Assembly (NCBI RefSeq): GCF_058153355.1
Contig: NZ_CM177019.1
DNA length: 64,000 nucleotides
Reading direction: 5' to 3' (one strand)
Part shown: in pieces, positions 27,591 to 37,702 of the stretch
Numbering within the stretch: the first letter of the stretch is position 1
Layout: each line of letters begins with the position of its first letter
The notes under the pieces: model-generated
The model's database searches: none
What the model was told of the DNA's origin: nothing
Seen by the model: the letters and a program-made list of their open reading frames with translations, nothing else
Position numbers and translations under genes: made by a program

Positions 27591-27755
27591 CCCTTCACTC
27601 CTTTTAAAGTAAATTTGATCATCTGAATCAGTAAAATAAATTCCCACGAATTTGGGGCGCAGGACGCCTTGAGAACGGCTTATCTCATTTTCGCAGTCAA
27701 CTATTTAGTCATCGTTCAAACAGAGAAACAGGCCGCCGAAGCGGCCATTTATTAT

Positions 27756-30626
27756 TTATATTTTTTCCAGCGCGGTGAGTATTTTCTCCGGTGTGAAATG
27801 CCATTCGCGTAACCAGATGCCGCAGGCATCGTGAATTGCGGTAGCAATCGCCGGAGCTGCGCCATTTACACCGATTTCTGAGATTGATTTCGCCCCGAAT
27901 GGGCCGACTTTATCGTCGCTCGGCACCAGCACAGCGCGGAAATCACGCGGAATGTCACCAATTTTCGGTGCGCCGTAACTGCGTAAATCACGCGTTAACG
28001 GGTGGCCTTCGGCGTCATAAATGATTTCTTCGCTCATACTGTGCCCGATAGCACGCAGGGTGGCTCCGTAGATTTGTCCCAACGCTAACTCTGGATTGAC
28101 CGGTGTACCACAGTCCAGCAAGGCGTAGAATTTATCCAGGCGGATTTCACCCGTACGTGTGTTGACGGCAACTTCAGCAAAGTTTGCGCCATACGGGAAG
28201 GCGAAATCAGGCGTGATATAACTGGCAGTTCCCACCAGTGAACCAAAACCGGTGCCGGTTTCGCCTTTATGGGCAATATCCCCGAAACTAACTTCGCCTT
28301 TCTTGCCGCGCACGACGCCCGGCGTTGCTAGTTGAACATCTGCCACTGGCTCACCCAACATTTGCGCGCCGTGGAACAGAATTTTATCCCGCAGATTTTC
28401 CGCTGCCAAACGCGCCGCGTTACCCGAGAAGCAAGTACCGGACGAGGCATATGCGCCTTTATCAAACAACGCATGATCGGTATCACCGGAGATAACATGC
28501 ACGTCCTGCGGTGGGCAGTGCAGCACTTCTGCTGCCAGTTTCGTCACCACGGTATCCAGACCAGTACCAATATCCGCACCGCCAGAATGAACAATAAAGG
28601 TACCGTCCGATTCCAGTTTAATCATGCAGTTAGCCTGATCGATATCCGGGATCCCCGATTTCTGCATGATAATGGCGACGCCGCGACCGATGTGCCAGTC
28701 ACCATTTTGCGGTTTTGGTGAAGACCATTGGATCATCTCGCGACCCTGACGCAGGATCTCTTCCAGCGCGCAGCTGGCGGCGGAAGGAACGGAGGTCGGC
28801 GCTTTACCTTCACCAATCGCACCGAGAATTTTCAGCTCTTGCCCTTCGTGTACCCGGTTACGTTCGATAATTTCCAGTTGGTCGATCTGTAACTGTTCAG
28901 CCAGTTCCGCTAATGCCATGGTGATAGCGAAGTTACCTTTCGGTGCGCCATAACCCTGATAAGCACCATTTGGGCAAATGTTGCTGTAGTAGGTGGTGAC
29001 CTGGAAATCGACGTTATCGCACGGATATAACGGCAGCGACAGCGCCGGTCCGTTACACGGTACGGTGAGTGAGTGGTTGCCGTAAGGGCCTGTGTTGGCG
29101 CGGAAATCCATCTTCACAGCCGTCAGGCGACCATCTTTCTTTGCCCCCAGTTTGACGGTGACTTTCGCGACGTGACGAGAGGTGTTAGCAATAAACTCTT
29201 CTTCACGGGTGTAGCGGAACAGTACCGGACGCCCGGTCACGCGGGTTGCCCAGGCGCACACTTCTTCCAGCAGGATGTCCTGTTTGGAACCAAAACCACC
29301 GCCTACGCGTTCTTTAATGACATGAACTTTATGTTGTTTCATGCCCACGAGGCGCGCAACCTGGCGGCGCAAGTGCCATGGTACCTGGGTGGAGGCGTGG
29401 ATCACCAGACGGTCGCCATCCATACGGGTAAAGCAGATATGTGTTTCAGTCGGGCATTGCTGCGCCTGAGTTGAGTTATAGGTTCGTTCAATGATCACAT
29501 CGGCATCGGCAAAGCCTTTATCCATATCGCCAATATGACCATGAATACTGGCGGCGATATTTTTACGAGGGCGAGAACCGATAGGGAAGTTGATGATCAT
29601 ATGCTCGCCGCGCTGGGCTGCATGGCTGTTATCGTCTTCCAGAGTGTCTGGCGCACCCGCCACATACACCACCGGTTCATCGTGTACGACAGGCGCATCT
29701 TCCGCCATTGCCTCGTCAATCGACATTACCGGCTTAAGCACTTCATATTCAACGTCGATGAGCTTCAGTGCTTCGAGCGCAATTTCTTCACTTTCAGCGA
29801 CTACCGCAGCAACGCGATCGCCGACGTGACGCATTTTCTTGCCGAACATACGGCGGTCAAGCGGTGACGGTTCCGGTGCGCTCTGACCACCCGGGGTATA
29901 GTAGATATCCGGGCAATTCAGGTGAGTAATAACGTGAACGACGCCCGGTAAGGCTTCAGCTTTGCTGACATCCAGATGAGTAATCAGTGCGTGAGCGTGT
30001 GGGCTACGTAACATTTTAATGACGCAGGCGTCAGCCGTTACGCGGTCTTCAACATAGCAGGGTTTCGCCTGCACCATTTTTGCGGCATCAGTTTTAGGAT
30101 AATGCTTACCAATGACTTCAAGGTCATCGCGGAAAGTCGGAGCGATATCAATGGTGGCCTGCGGGTTATTTTTACGTGCAATTGCCAGTTCAACGACCTG
30201 ATAGTATTGTTGCCAGCCTGCATCGCGACTGAACAAACCAGAAAGCGCGTCGTCGATCTCTTCGCGGGTCGGTGCGGCGATACGCTCGAGCAGATCAGTG
30301 ATAATCAGAGCAGCAGCAGGATCGTTATAACCAGACTGCACCACGCCAACATCAACCATTGCCTGTTGAACCAGACTTAACTCGTTCCATTTTCCCAGAG
30401 ACTCTGCCGTACGAATATCAGCCTTCTCTATCTGTGCGGCAATAAGTAAGGACGCGTTAACGATATTACCGTTAAAGATAATTGCGTCAGAACCGGCAAA
30501 CCCGAATCCATCATCGCTGTTGCGTACAGAGTGCATTCCCATGTTAAACAACAGCTTTTGCACGTTTTCGCCTGGATTAACGGTTAGCTCCTGAGGCGCG
30601 CCATTTAAAGTAAAGTGGATGATCAT
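27756..30626 (-). CDS. xdhD: molybdopterin-dependent hydroxylase, large subunit with N-terminal 2Fe-2S domain (xanthine dehydrogenase family)
   Basis: 956-aa ORF MIIHFTLNGAPQELTVNPGENVQKLL..., recognised as XdhD (YgfN). Confidence 0.9.
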   Translation of the reverse strand: MIIHFTLNGAPQELTVNPGENVQKLLFNMGMHSVRNSDDGFGFAGSDAIIFNGNIVNASLLIAAQIEKADIRTAESLGKWNELSLVQQAMVDVGVVQSGYNDPAAALIITDLLERIAAPTREEIDDALSGLFSRDAGWQQYYQVVELAIARKNNPQATIDIAPTFRDDLEVIGKHYPKTDAAKMVQAKPCYVEDRVTADACVIKMLRSPHAHALITHLDVSKAEALPGVVHVITHLNCPDIYYTPGGQSAPEPSPLDRRMFGKKMRHVGDRVAAVVAESEEIALEALKLIDVEYEVLKPVMSIDEAMAEDAPVVHDEPVVYVAGAPDTLEDDNSHAAQRGEHMIINFPIGSRPRKNIAASIHGHIGDMDKGFADADVIIERTYNSTQAQQCPTETHICFTRMDGDRLVIHASTQVPWHLRRQVARLVGMKQHKVHVIKERVGGGFGSKQDILLEEVCAWATRVTGRPVLFRYTREEEFIANTSRHVAKVTVKLGAKKDGRLTAVKMDFRANTGPYGNHSLTVPCNGPALSLPLYPCDNVDFQVTTYYSNICPNGAYQGYGAPKGNFAITMALAELAEQLQIDQLEIIERNRVHEGQELKILGAIGEGKAPTSVPSAASCALEEILRQGREMIQWSSPKPQNGDWHIGRGVAIIMQKSGIPDIDQANCMIKLESDGTFIVHSGGADIGTGLDTVVTKLAAEVLHCPPQDVHVISGDTDHALFDKGAYASSGTCFSGNAARLAAENLRDKILFHGAQMLGEPVADVQLATPGVVRGKKGEVSFGDIAHKGETGTGFGSLVGTASYITPDFAFPYGANFAEVAVNTRTGEIRLDKFYALLDCGTPVNPELALGQIYGATLRAIGHSMSEEIIYDAEGHPLTRDLRSYGAPKIGDIPRDFRAVLVPSDDKVGPFGAKSISEIGVNGAAPAIATAIHDACGIWLREWHFTPEKILTALEKI

Positions 30627-31402
30627 ACGGCTTCCTCCCCAGCCTGTTGGCAGTCGGCATAAAGGTCGGCTACCAGAACTCCCGTGATATAGCGTTTATA
30701 GGCCACGCTGCCCCGCAAATCTTCCTGCGGGAAAATGGCGTTGGCGACAGCCTGTTCAAGGGCATCGCCTTCCAGGTTTTGTTTTTCAACATCGTGCAGA
30801 CGCAGTGCTTTACTGGCCACGCCATCCAACGCAATTCGCATACCGTCGTGATCGGTTAACGCAACGGCTGCCGTTACTACCGTTAACCCAGCCTGAGAAC
30901 GGCTAATTTTGCGAGTCGCACAGGTGCGATACGGATCTTTAATGATGATTTCGGTTAGCAGGCGATCGCATGGGCAGGCCAGGTACTCCTCAATTGACAG
31001 AGTTTCACCGTTGCCAAAAACCAGTTCGGCATCCAGTGCCAGCAGGACGGGAAGCAGCACCGACTCTTCCTGCCGGGCGGCGATTTCACCACCAATGGTC
31101 GACTGATTACGAATATGGCGAGAGTAGACAAAGCCGAGAGCCTCACGCAGTGCTGCAGGAATAAACCGTGCATCACGCAGTGTTTGCAAGCGAGACATCG
31201 CGCCAATCCGCAATGCACCGTTATCCCAGTCAACCCAGTCCAGTTCCAGATCCTGTAAGGATATGGCAATCTTTTTATCGGTACGGGTTGGTGTGGCGTT
31301 GAGTTTACTGCCTCCGGCAAACCAGACAGCTTCATCCTGATAGCGGCGCTTCAGTTCCAGCGCCTGTTCGACAGAGTCGGGTCTGAAAAATTGTTCAATC
31401 AT
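30623..31402 (-). CDS. ygfM: FAD-binding subunit of molybdenum hydroxylase (CO dehydrogenase medium-subunit-like)
   Basis: 259-aa ORF overlapping the xdhD start by 4 bp; recognised as YgfM. Confidence 0.85.
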   Translation of the reverse strand: MIEQFFRPDSVEQALELKRRYQDEAVWFAGGSKLNATPTRTDKKIAISLQDLELDWVDWDNGALRIGAMSRLQTLRDARFIPAALREALGFVYSRHIRNQSTIGGEIAARQEESVLLPVLLALDAELVFGNGETLSIEEYLACPCDRLLTEIIIKDPYRTCATRKISRSQAGLTVVTAAVALTDHDGMRIALDGVASKALRLHDVEKQNLEGDALEQAVANAIFPQEDLRGSVAYKRYITGVLVADLYADCQQAGEEAV

Positions 31403-31452
31403 CTTCTTTCCTTATTTAACCCTCTTCCTTTAAGGAAGAGGGTATCTGTCAT

Positions 31453-32781
31453 TTATGCCAGCGCATCCATCCGACGCCACATAGCAGCGGCGGCTTTTTG
31501 GGCTTGCGCATAAATGGAATCGCAATCGAAGTTAAACTGACGGTCTTCATAGACCATAACGCCGTTGACCATCACGCTGTGGACGCTGCCTGAACCCATG
31601 CCGAAAGCGATATGTCCAGCGATATTGTCTGCCAGCAGTGGCGTCGGCGAGTTGTAATCGCAAATGGTTAAATCGGCTTTATAACCGGTTTCCAGCAGGC
31701 CAAATTTCGCGCCAAAGTTGCGGCTCATCAGTTCGTTGCCGTTAGCCAGAGCTTTGGCAAAGCTGTCAGGCCACAGCGGACCACCCGCATCGCGATGTTT
31801 AAAGAAGGCAAATTTCATCTCTTCAAACATATCTGAACCAATACCGTCCGTACCCAACGCCAGATTGCGGATGTCGCAAAGATGATGGTTGTAGCCGACA
31901 TGGTTGTTCATGTTTGAACGGGCGTTATGCACCAGGAATGCATCACGCTGATTGAGCAACGCGATGTCGTCTTTAGACAGATAAAGCCCATGAGCGACCA
32001 GCGTTTTGCTGTCGATGAGATCGAATTGCGCTAATCGTGCCAGCAGATCTTTGCCGTACCAGTGATGACTATGGGAAACATCGTAAAGGTCTTCCGCAGC
32101 GTGAATATGTAAACCACGGCCTGTGGCTTTCACGGCCTCACGCAGCATTTCCAGACCGGCATCCGGCACAGTAAACGGCGCGTGAGCACCAATATGAGCC
32201 TCTACCAGATACGGTTCAGTTGCCGCTTTCTTCGCATCGTCAATCTGACGGGCGAAGCGGATATTTTCCTCTACTCCTTCCTGTAGTTCTTTAATGCCGT
32301 TGTTACGGTCAGTGGTTTCAAAACAGGTCATCGCACGCAGGCCAACTTTTAAAAATGCGTTGCGCAATGTGGAGAGCGACCCGCTGATATACGCCGGAGA
32401 GGCATGGTGATCGATAACAGATGTACAGCCGCTCTTAATCGCTTCCAGTGAACAAATCAGCCCGCTGTAATAGAGCGACTCTTCATCAAGGGCGCGATCG
32501 AGCCGCCACCAGAGATTTTTCAGCGTTGAAATGAAATCCGGGCAGGGGGCGATGTTTGCCATAATTCCACGGGAAAGCCCCGAGTAAAAATGGTTGTGCG
32601 AGCAGACAATTCCCGGCATCACAATCCGACCATGCATCTCTTTGTAGTTGGCATCGGGGTAGCGTTGCGTCAGCGCATCGCCGATAGCGACAATCACATC
32701 ATTTTCGATGGCGATATCAACGCCTTCCTGCACTTTCGCCGGGTGTAACTGCACTGCGGTGACATTCTTCAGAATCAACAT
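31453..32781 (-). CDS. ssnA: putative aminohydrolase SsnA (amidohydrolase superfamily)
   Basis: 442-aa ORF with SHNHFYSG metal-binding motif; recognised as SsnA (YgfL). Confidence 0.9.
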   Translation of the reverse strand: MLILKNVTAVQLHPAKVQEGVDIAIENDVIVAIGDALTQRYPDANYKEMHGRIVMPGIVCSHNHFYSGLSRGIMANIAPCPDFISTLKNLWWRLDRALDEESLYYSGLICSLEAIKSGCTSVIDHHASPAYISGSLSTLRNAFLKVGLRAMTCFETTDRNNGIKELQEGVEENIRFARQIDDAKKAATEPYLVEAHIGAHAPFTVPDAGLEMLREAVKATGRGLHIHAAEDLYDVSHSHHWYGKDLLARLAQFDLIDSKTLVAHGLYLSKDDIALLNQRDAFLVHNARSNMNNHVGYNHHLCDIRNLALGTDGIGSDMFEEMKFAFFKHRDAGGPLWPDSFAKALANGNELMSRNFGAKFGLLETGYKADLTICDYNSPTPLLADNIAGHIAFGMGSGSVHSVMVNGVMVYEDRQFNFDCDSIYAQAQKAAAAMWRRMDALA

Positions 32782-32783
32782 GA

Positions 32784-35700
32784 TTACACCTCCACGCGGC
32801 CCAGCAGATAATGATGATGCTGGTGGACATGGCTAATGATGCGGCACATATCGTTCAGCTCCGGTGGTACGTTGTTGAACTGACCTTCGCTGTCGATGTT
32901 TAACACCCAGCTTTGGTTATTCAGACGTATGCGTACCTGGCAATCTTCCACAAGGAAGCCAGGGTTGCTGCTGTTATCAAAGTCTTGCGACAGGCTGAAT
33001 ACGGTGATTTTGTCTTTATATGGTTTACCGTTCCACGGGCAGAACTGGGCGCAGTTGCCGCATTCGTTACAGTAAGCGTCGAGGTGCAGCGTCTGGAAAC
33101 GGTTCTGGAATCCAGGGACCGCAATTGAGACATTGGCGCGGTTAGGGCAGACATCCACACACTTGCTGCAAACGTAGTTACATTCAAGACAGCGAGAAGC
33201 TTCCTGAGCGACAAACGCATCACGATCGTCGCTGTTCACCAGGGTGACTGAGATATCGCCTTTACGTTGGTAGATTTCCGCCGGATTGACGTTGTTCCAG
33301 TATTTATCGTTCTGGTGGGAACGGATATTTTCCCGACTCAGGATGGCATCGGTAGCCCGACGCGCAGTTCCGACAGCTGCAACGATAGAGGACGGTCCGC
33401 GCTGTACGTCGCCGATCATAAAGACGTCAGTCAGACGAGTTTCGCCATTATGGTCGACGTCTGGCCAGCCATTTTTGTCCAGCGGCACGCCCATCGCATT
33501 CAGGGCTTCAGTATCCTGCTGTTCGCCAATGGCGGTGATCAGGCTGTCTACATGCAGTGTTACTGTTTCGTTGGTTTCAACCGGACGGCGACGACCTTTC
33601 TCATCAGGTTCGCCAAGCGACATAACGCGCAAGGTTAAGGTGCCATCAGCATCGAAACGTTCCGGATTATTCAGGAAACGGAACTCCACGCCGTCGTGCA
33701 ACGCTTCTTCATACTCTTCGCGCCATGCTGGCATCTCTTGCAGTGAACGACGATAAACGACCGTTGCTTTTTCTACGCCTGGAACGCGTAACGCCGCACG
33801 AGCGCAGTCCATTGCGGTGTTACCCGCCCCGACAACGACCACATGCTTGCCCAGCTTGAGCGTAGTGCCTTTGTTGTATTCACGCAGGAAGGGGAGTGAT
33901 TTCCACACATTTTGGTTGTCGCCCGCCAATTTCACACCGCTATTTTTATCAGTGCCGGTGGCAATCAGAACATAGTGGAAGCCCTGATTTTTTAACTGTT
34001 CAACGGTCAGATCGGGTGAGCAGCCATACTCAAATTTCACGCCGTGAGCGGCAACAAAATCGATATCGTGCTGAATTAACTCTGCAGGAATACGGAACTG
34101 AGGAATGATATTTTTCACCACGCCGCCCGCATTGGCTTCGCGTTCAAACAGCGTAACCGGATGGCCCGCTCTGGCAAGGAAGTAACCTGCTGCCAGACCC
34201 GCCGGACCTGCACCAATCACGGCAACCGGATGGCGTGAACCAGAACCGGCTGGTTTGTGCCAGCGTTGCTTATATTCATCCCAACCTTTTTCCAGCGCGA
34301 CTTTTTTCAGTTCGCGGATATTCAGCGCACTGTCGTAATCCAGGCGGGTACAGTTGTATTGGCACTGGTGATCGCAAATATGACCGGTAATGGCGGGCAG
34401 GGCGTTGCGTTGGTAGATGAGTTCCAGTGCGTCGGCATAGCGGTGTTCGCCAAGCAGACGGATGTATTCCGGAATATCCTGTTTAATGGCGCAAGCAGTA
34501 ACGCACGGTGCAACGTAGCAGTCGGTCAGCGGCAGGTCTTCTGCCACTTCAATACGCTCTTCTGGCTTCCAGTGTTTCTGCGTGTATTCCATGGTTAACG
34601 CGTCTGCTGCCAGTTTGTTCAGTCGTTCGACGTCAACATGGTCAAGCCCCCAGGCGTCGGAGCCTTCCAGCTCGCGCATGCAGGCACTTAAGCGCAGATA
34701 GCCGCCAGGTTTCAGCAGGTCGGTTGCCATAGTAATAGGGCGAATACCAGTATCAAAAATATCGCGGATAGTCAGCTGACTGGCACCACCGGAATAAGAA
34801 ATGGGCAGTTTGCCGTCAAAGGCGCGAGAGAGAACTGCTGCAACATTGATGGAGAGCGGGAACAGCGCACGGCCTGACATATACATCTCTTCACCAGGCA
34901 GTGCGCCTTTATTGTTGATGGTGCCGAGAGTGTTAGTCAGTTTTACGCCAAAGCCGAGTGATTTTTCTTTTGCCAGTACCATCAGGCGTTCCAGCATTTC
35001 CAGCGCTTGCGTCAGCTTGAGGTCGTGATCAAATGACTCTTCTTTTAAGCCTATGTAACCGAAACCGCAGACATCGAGGATCTCACGAACACGCGCGTAC
35101 CCCAGTAAGGTCGGGTTGAGTTTCACAAAGGTATTGAGCCCTTTTTCTTCCAGCATGTAGCGGCAAATGGCTTCGATTTCATGCGGAGGACAGCCGTGCA
35201 TCGTGGAGAGGGTGACGCCCTGCACCATGCTGGTGGGGATGCGAGCGGGTAAGGCCTGCAAGCATTCGCGTTTTTCCTGTAAGCCGTGGCGGGCTAAAAA
35301 TGCGTCATCCTGGAGTAATTTATTCAGCGTATCGCGATATTGAGCGAATTTCGGATGGTCAGATGCGTCCATCATATTGTCGATGAACTGTTGCATTGGC
35401 GGTTGCTTAATACCTTCGAGGTTGTAACCGACGCTCATATTAAAGATGAACGATTTACCGGAATCAGAAGGCTGGAACATCGCTTCGAGAAGGTGCAGGG
35501 CAAACCAGGCTTTGAGGTATTCATCCCAGGCTTTAAGCAGGGTAAATTCGGTAGACCATTCGGTGTTAAAGCACTCGTCTTCAGCGTCGATACAGGGCTT
35601 TTCCAGTTCCAGGCGGTCAAGAATTTGGACAGTTTTTAGTTCGATGAAGCGTCCGCCAGTCAGCCAGGATGTGACAATATTTTGCGCGAGCTGCGTGTGC

Positions 35701-35882
35701 GGACCAGCGGCAGGGCCGACGGGAGTGGCACAGGTTTCACCGAAGACGCTAACAGTTTTACCTTTTACGGGTGAGTAAAACTGTTGCTCGGGAATACCAA
35801 AGATTGAGCGTTGTTGTTGGTATTCATCAAATATGCGCGTCAAAAGTTCCTCAAACGGAATGGGACGCATAATATCCCCCAT
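32784..35882 (-). CDS. ygfK: Fe-S/FAD-dependent oxidoreductase YgfK (putative selenate reductase subunit)
   Basis: 1032-aa ORF with central GAGPAG dinucleotide-binding motif and C-terminal Cys-rich 4Fe-4S region. Confidence 0.9.
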   Translation of the reverse strand: MGDIMRPIPFEELLTRIFDEYQQQRSIFGIPEQQFYSPVKGKTVSVFGETCATPVGPAAGPHTQLAQNIVTSWLTGGRFIELKTVQILDRLELEKPCIDAEDECFNTEWSTEFTLLKAWDEYLKAWFALHLLEAMFQPSDSGKSFIFNMSVGYNLEGIKQPPMQQFIDNMMDASDHPKFAQYRDTLNKLLQDDAFLARHGLQEKRECLQALPARIPTSMVQGVTLSTMHGCPPHEIEAICRYMLEEKGLNTFVKLNPTLLGYARVREILDVCGFGYIGLKEESFDHDLKLTQALEMLERLMVLAKEKSLGFGVKLTNTLGTINNKGALPGEEMYMSGRALFPLSINVAAVLSRAFDGKLPISYSGGASQLTIRDIFDTGIRPITMATDLLKPGGYLRLSACMRELEGSDAWGLDHVDVERLNKLAADALTMEYTQKHWKPEERIEVAEDLPLTDCYVAPCVTACAIKQDIPEYIRLLGEHRYADALELIYQRNALPAITGHICDHQCQYNCTRLDYDSALNIRELKKVALEKGWDEYKQRWHKPAGSGSRHPVAVIGAGPAGLAAGYFLARAGHPVTLFEREANAGGVVKNIIPQFRIPAELIQHDIDFVAAHGVKFEYGCSPDLTVEQLKNQGFHYVLIATGTDKNSGVKLAGDNQNVWKSLPFLREYNKGTTLKLGKHVVVVGAGNTAMDCARAALRVPGVEKATVVYRRSLQEMPAWREEYEEALHDGVEFRFLNNPERFDADGTLTLRVMSLGEPDEKGRRRPVETNETVTLHVDSLITAIGEQQDTEALNAMGVPLDKNGWPDVDHNGETRLTDVFMIGDVQRGPSSIVAAVGTARRATDAILSRENIRSHQNDKYWNNVNPAEIYQRKGDISVTLVNSDDRDAFVAQEASRCLECNYVCSKCVDVCPNRANVSIAVPGFQNRFQTLHLDAYCNECGNCAQFCPWNGKPYKDKITVFSLSQDFDNSSNPGFLVEDCQVRIRLNNQSWVLNIDSEGQFNNVPPELNDMCRIISHVHQHHHYLLGRVEV

Positions 35883-36203
35883 AACCCTCTCCTTAGCTTA
35901 TACAGATATCATTGAGTGACCGGTGTTGAGAAATCCGGTGGTTTAGGGGGATAAAGCAACAATCGCACCACTCTTGCCAGGTTTGGCGGGAAATATAAAA
36001 AAATGTGAGGCGGCTCGAAACTTAAGGGCTTTTTGTGAATGAACTCACAGGTGCCAAATGAGAATTAAAATCACTCCTGGAAATTATTATTACCAGCCCA
36101 TTTATCACTTTTTCTCTTTTCTCAAAATCAGTGATTCCTTATCATAATGATAAAGCAGGCTGGATGGTTTAGATATTTGAACGCAAACGTTTAACTACGT
36201 TTT

Positions 36204-36782
36204 CTAAATTTTAGTATACCTTTTTTGCGCTGTAATAAAGTCGTCCGGAGTATCAATATCTAAAATTATTTCTGCATTTTCTATTTCGACGGAATAATGT
36301 TCTCCCATAAGAAGTGCCTGACGCATATTGGTGACATTGGGTCGCTGGGTTGCCTGCATCAGGCATGGCTTTGACACTAAAATCGGATGGCCGGGGATAC
36401 CTTTATGGAGTGGCAGTATTGCGCCATCATTACGTAACGGCCAGATTTTTCTAAAAATATCGATGGTGAGGGTTGGCATGTCACCGTGGGTGAGAAAACA
36501 ATGTTCGGTTTGCACCGCGGGTACTGCGGCCTTTACTGATGTCAGTAAACCCTGCGCATAATATGGGTTGTGGATAATAGTGATATTACTCTGGTTCGCA
36601 TAACGTTCGTGCAGTTCATTACCACGATAGCCGGTGACTAAAATAATTCGGCTACAAAACTGCAACGCATTTTTGATACTTGCATCAAGAATTGTTCCCT
36701 GTTGCCAGGGTAACATCATTTTCCATTGCCCCATTCTTGATGATAATCCGGCAGCGGTAATTATACAGTCGATGGCTGACAT
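36204..36782 (-). CDS. mocA: molybdenum cofactor cytidylyltransferase
   Basis: 192-aa ORF MSAIDCIITAAGLSSRMGQWKMMLPW..., nucleotidyltransferase fold. Confidence 0.9.
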   Translation of the reverse strand: MSAIDCIITAAGLSSRMGQWKMMLPWQQGTILDASIKNALQFCSRIILVTGYRGNELHERYANQSNITIIHNPYYAQGLLTSVKAAVPAVQTEHCFLTHGDMPTLTIDIFRKIWPLRNDGAILPLHKGIPGHPILVSKPCLMQATQRPNVTNMRQALLMGEHYSVEIENAEIILDIDTPDDFITAQKRYTKI

Positions 36783-36884
36783 AGTGGTTCCATTATTAAT
36801 AGGGGCTAATAACGCCTGTTAATTGCGTTACTCCCTGATGGATTAAGTTGGGGATAATTTATCCCAGAGAGGTCATAAAGACTC

Positions 36885-37655
36885 GTGAAAAGTATAGTTG
36901 ACCCATCGGCATTATTCATTGATTTAGGCGCGCAGAAACGTTCCACTGTGATTTCTGTTGTTGGGGCTGGGGGGAAAACCAGCTTGCTTTTTTGGCTGGC
37001 AGAGCTGCTCCAGTCTAGCGGCAGGCGTGTGTTAATCACTACGACGACACATATGTTTATGCCAACGTCTCACTGGCCCGTGGTTTTCTGTCGTGATCCC
37101 GCCATGCTTCCTCATGCGTCTCTTACATCCCCCATTTCATTTTGTTTTCACAGCTGGAAAGCGAACCAGGGAAAAGTGCAGGGATTTATGCCAGAAGCGA
37201 TTGATGCACTGGTGCAACGACCAGAGTGTGACGTAATTCTCATTGAGGCAGATGGCTCGCGTGGAATGCCGTTAAAAGCGCCTGATGAGCACGAACCTTG
37301 CATACCCAAAAGCAGTTGCTGCGTGATTGCTGTGATGGGAGGACATATTTTGGGTGCGAAAGTGAGCACAGAAAATGTCCATCGCTGGTCGCAGTTTGCT
37401 GATATTACCGGGTTAACACCTGATGCAACCTTGCAACTGAGCGATCTCGTTGCGCTGGTTCGCCACCCTCAGGGCGCATTTAAAAACGTACCGCAAGGTT
37501 GTCGGCGAGTCTGGTTCATTAACCGTTTTTCTCAATGTGAGAATGCGATTGCGCAAAGCGAGCTCCTTCAACCGCTGCAACAACACGACGTAGAGGCAAT
37601 CTGGCTGGGCGATATACAAGAACATCCTGCAATCGCGCGCAGATTTGTGAATTAG
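36885..37655 (+). CDS. yqeC: selenium-dependent hydroxylase accessory protein YqeC
   Basis: 256-aa ORF with P-loop-like VVGAGGKTS; recognised as YqeC. Confidence 0.85.
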   Translation: MKSIVDPSALFIDLGAQKRSTVISVVGAGGKTSLLFWLAELLQSSGRRVLITTTTHMFMPTSHWPVVFCRDPAMLPHASLTSPISFCFHSWKANQGKVQGFMPEAIDALVQRPECDVILIEADGSRGMPLKAPDEHEPCIPKSSCCVIAVMGGHILGAKVSTENVHRWSQFADITGLTPDATLQLSDLVALVRHPQGAFKNVPQGCRRVWFINRFSQCENAIAQSELLQPLQQHDVEAIWLGDIQEHPAIARRFVN

Positions 37656-37702
37656 CGGCCCGGGTATTCCGGGTTACTGAAAGGATATCCATTGAGGTTG
37701 GT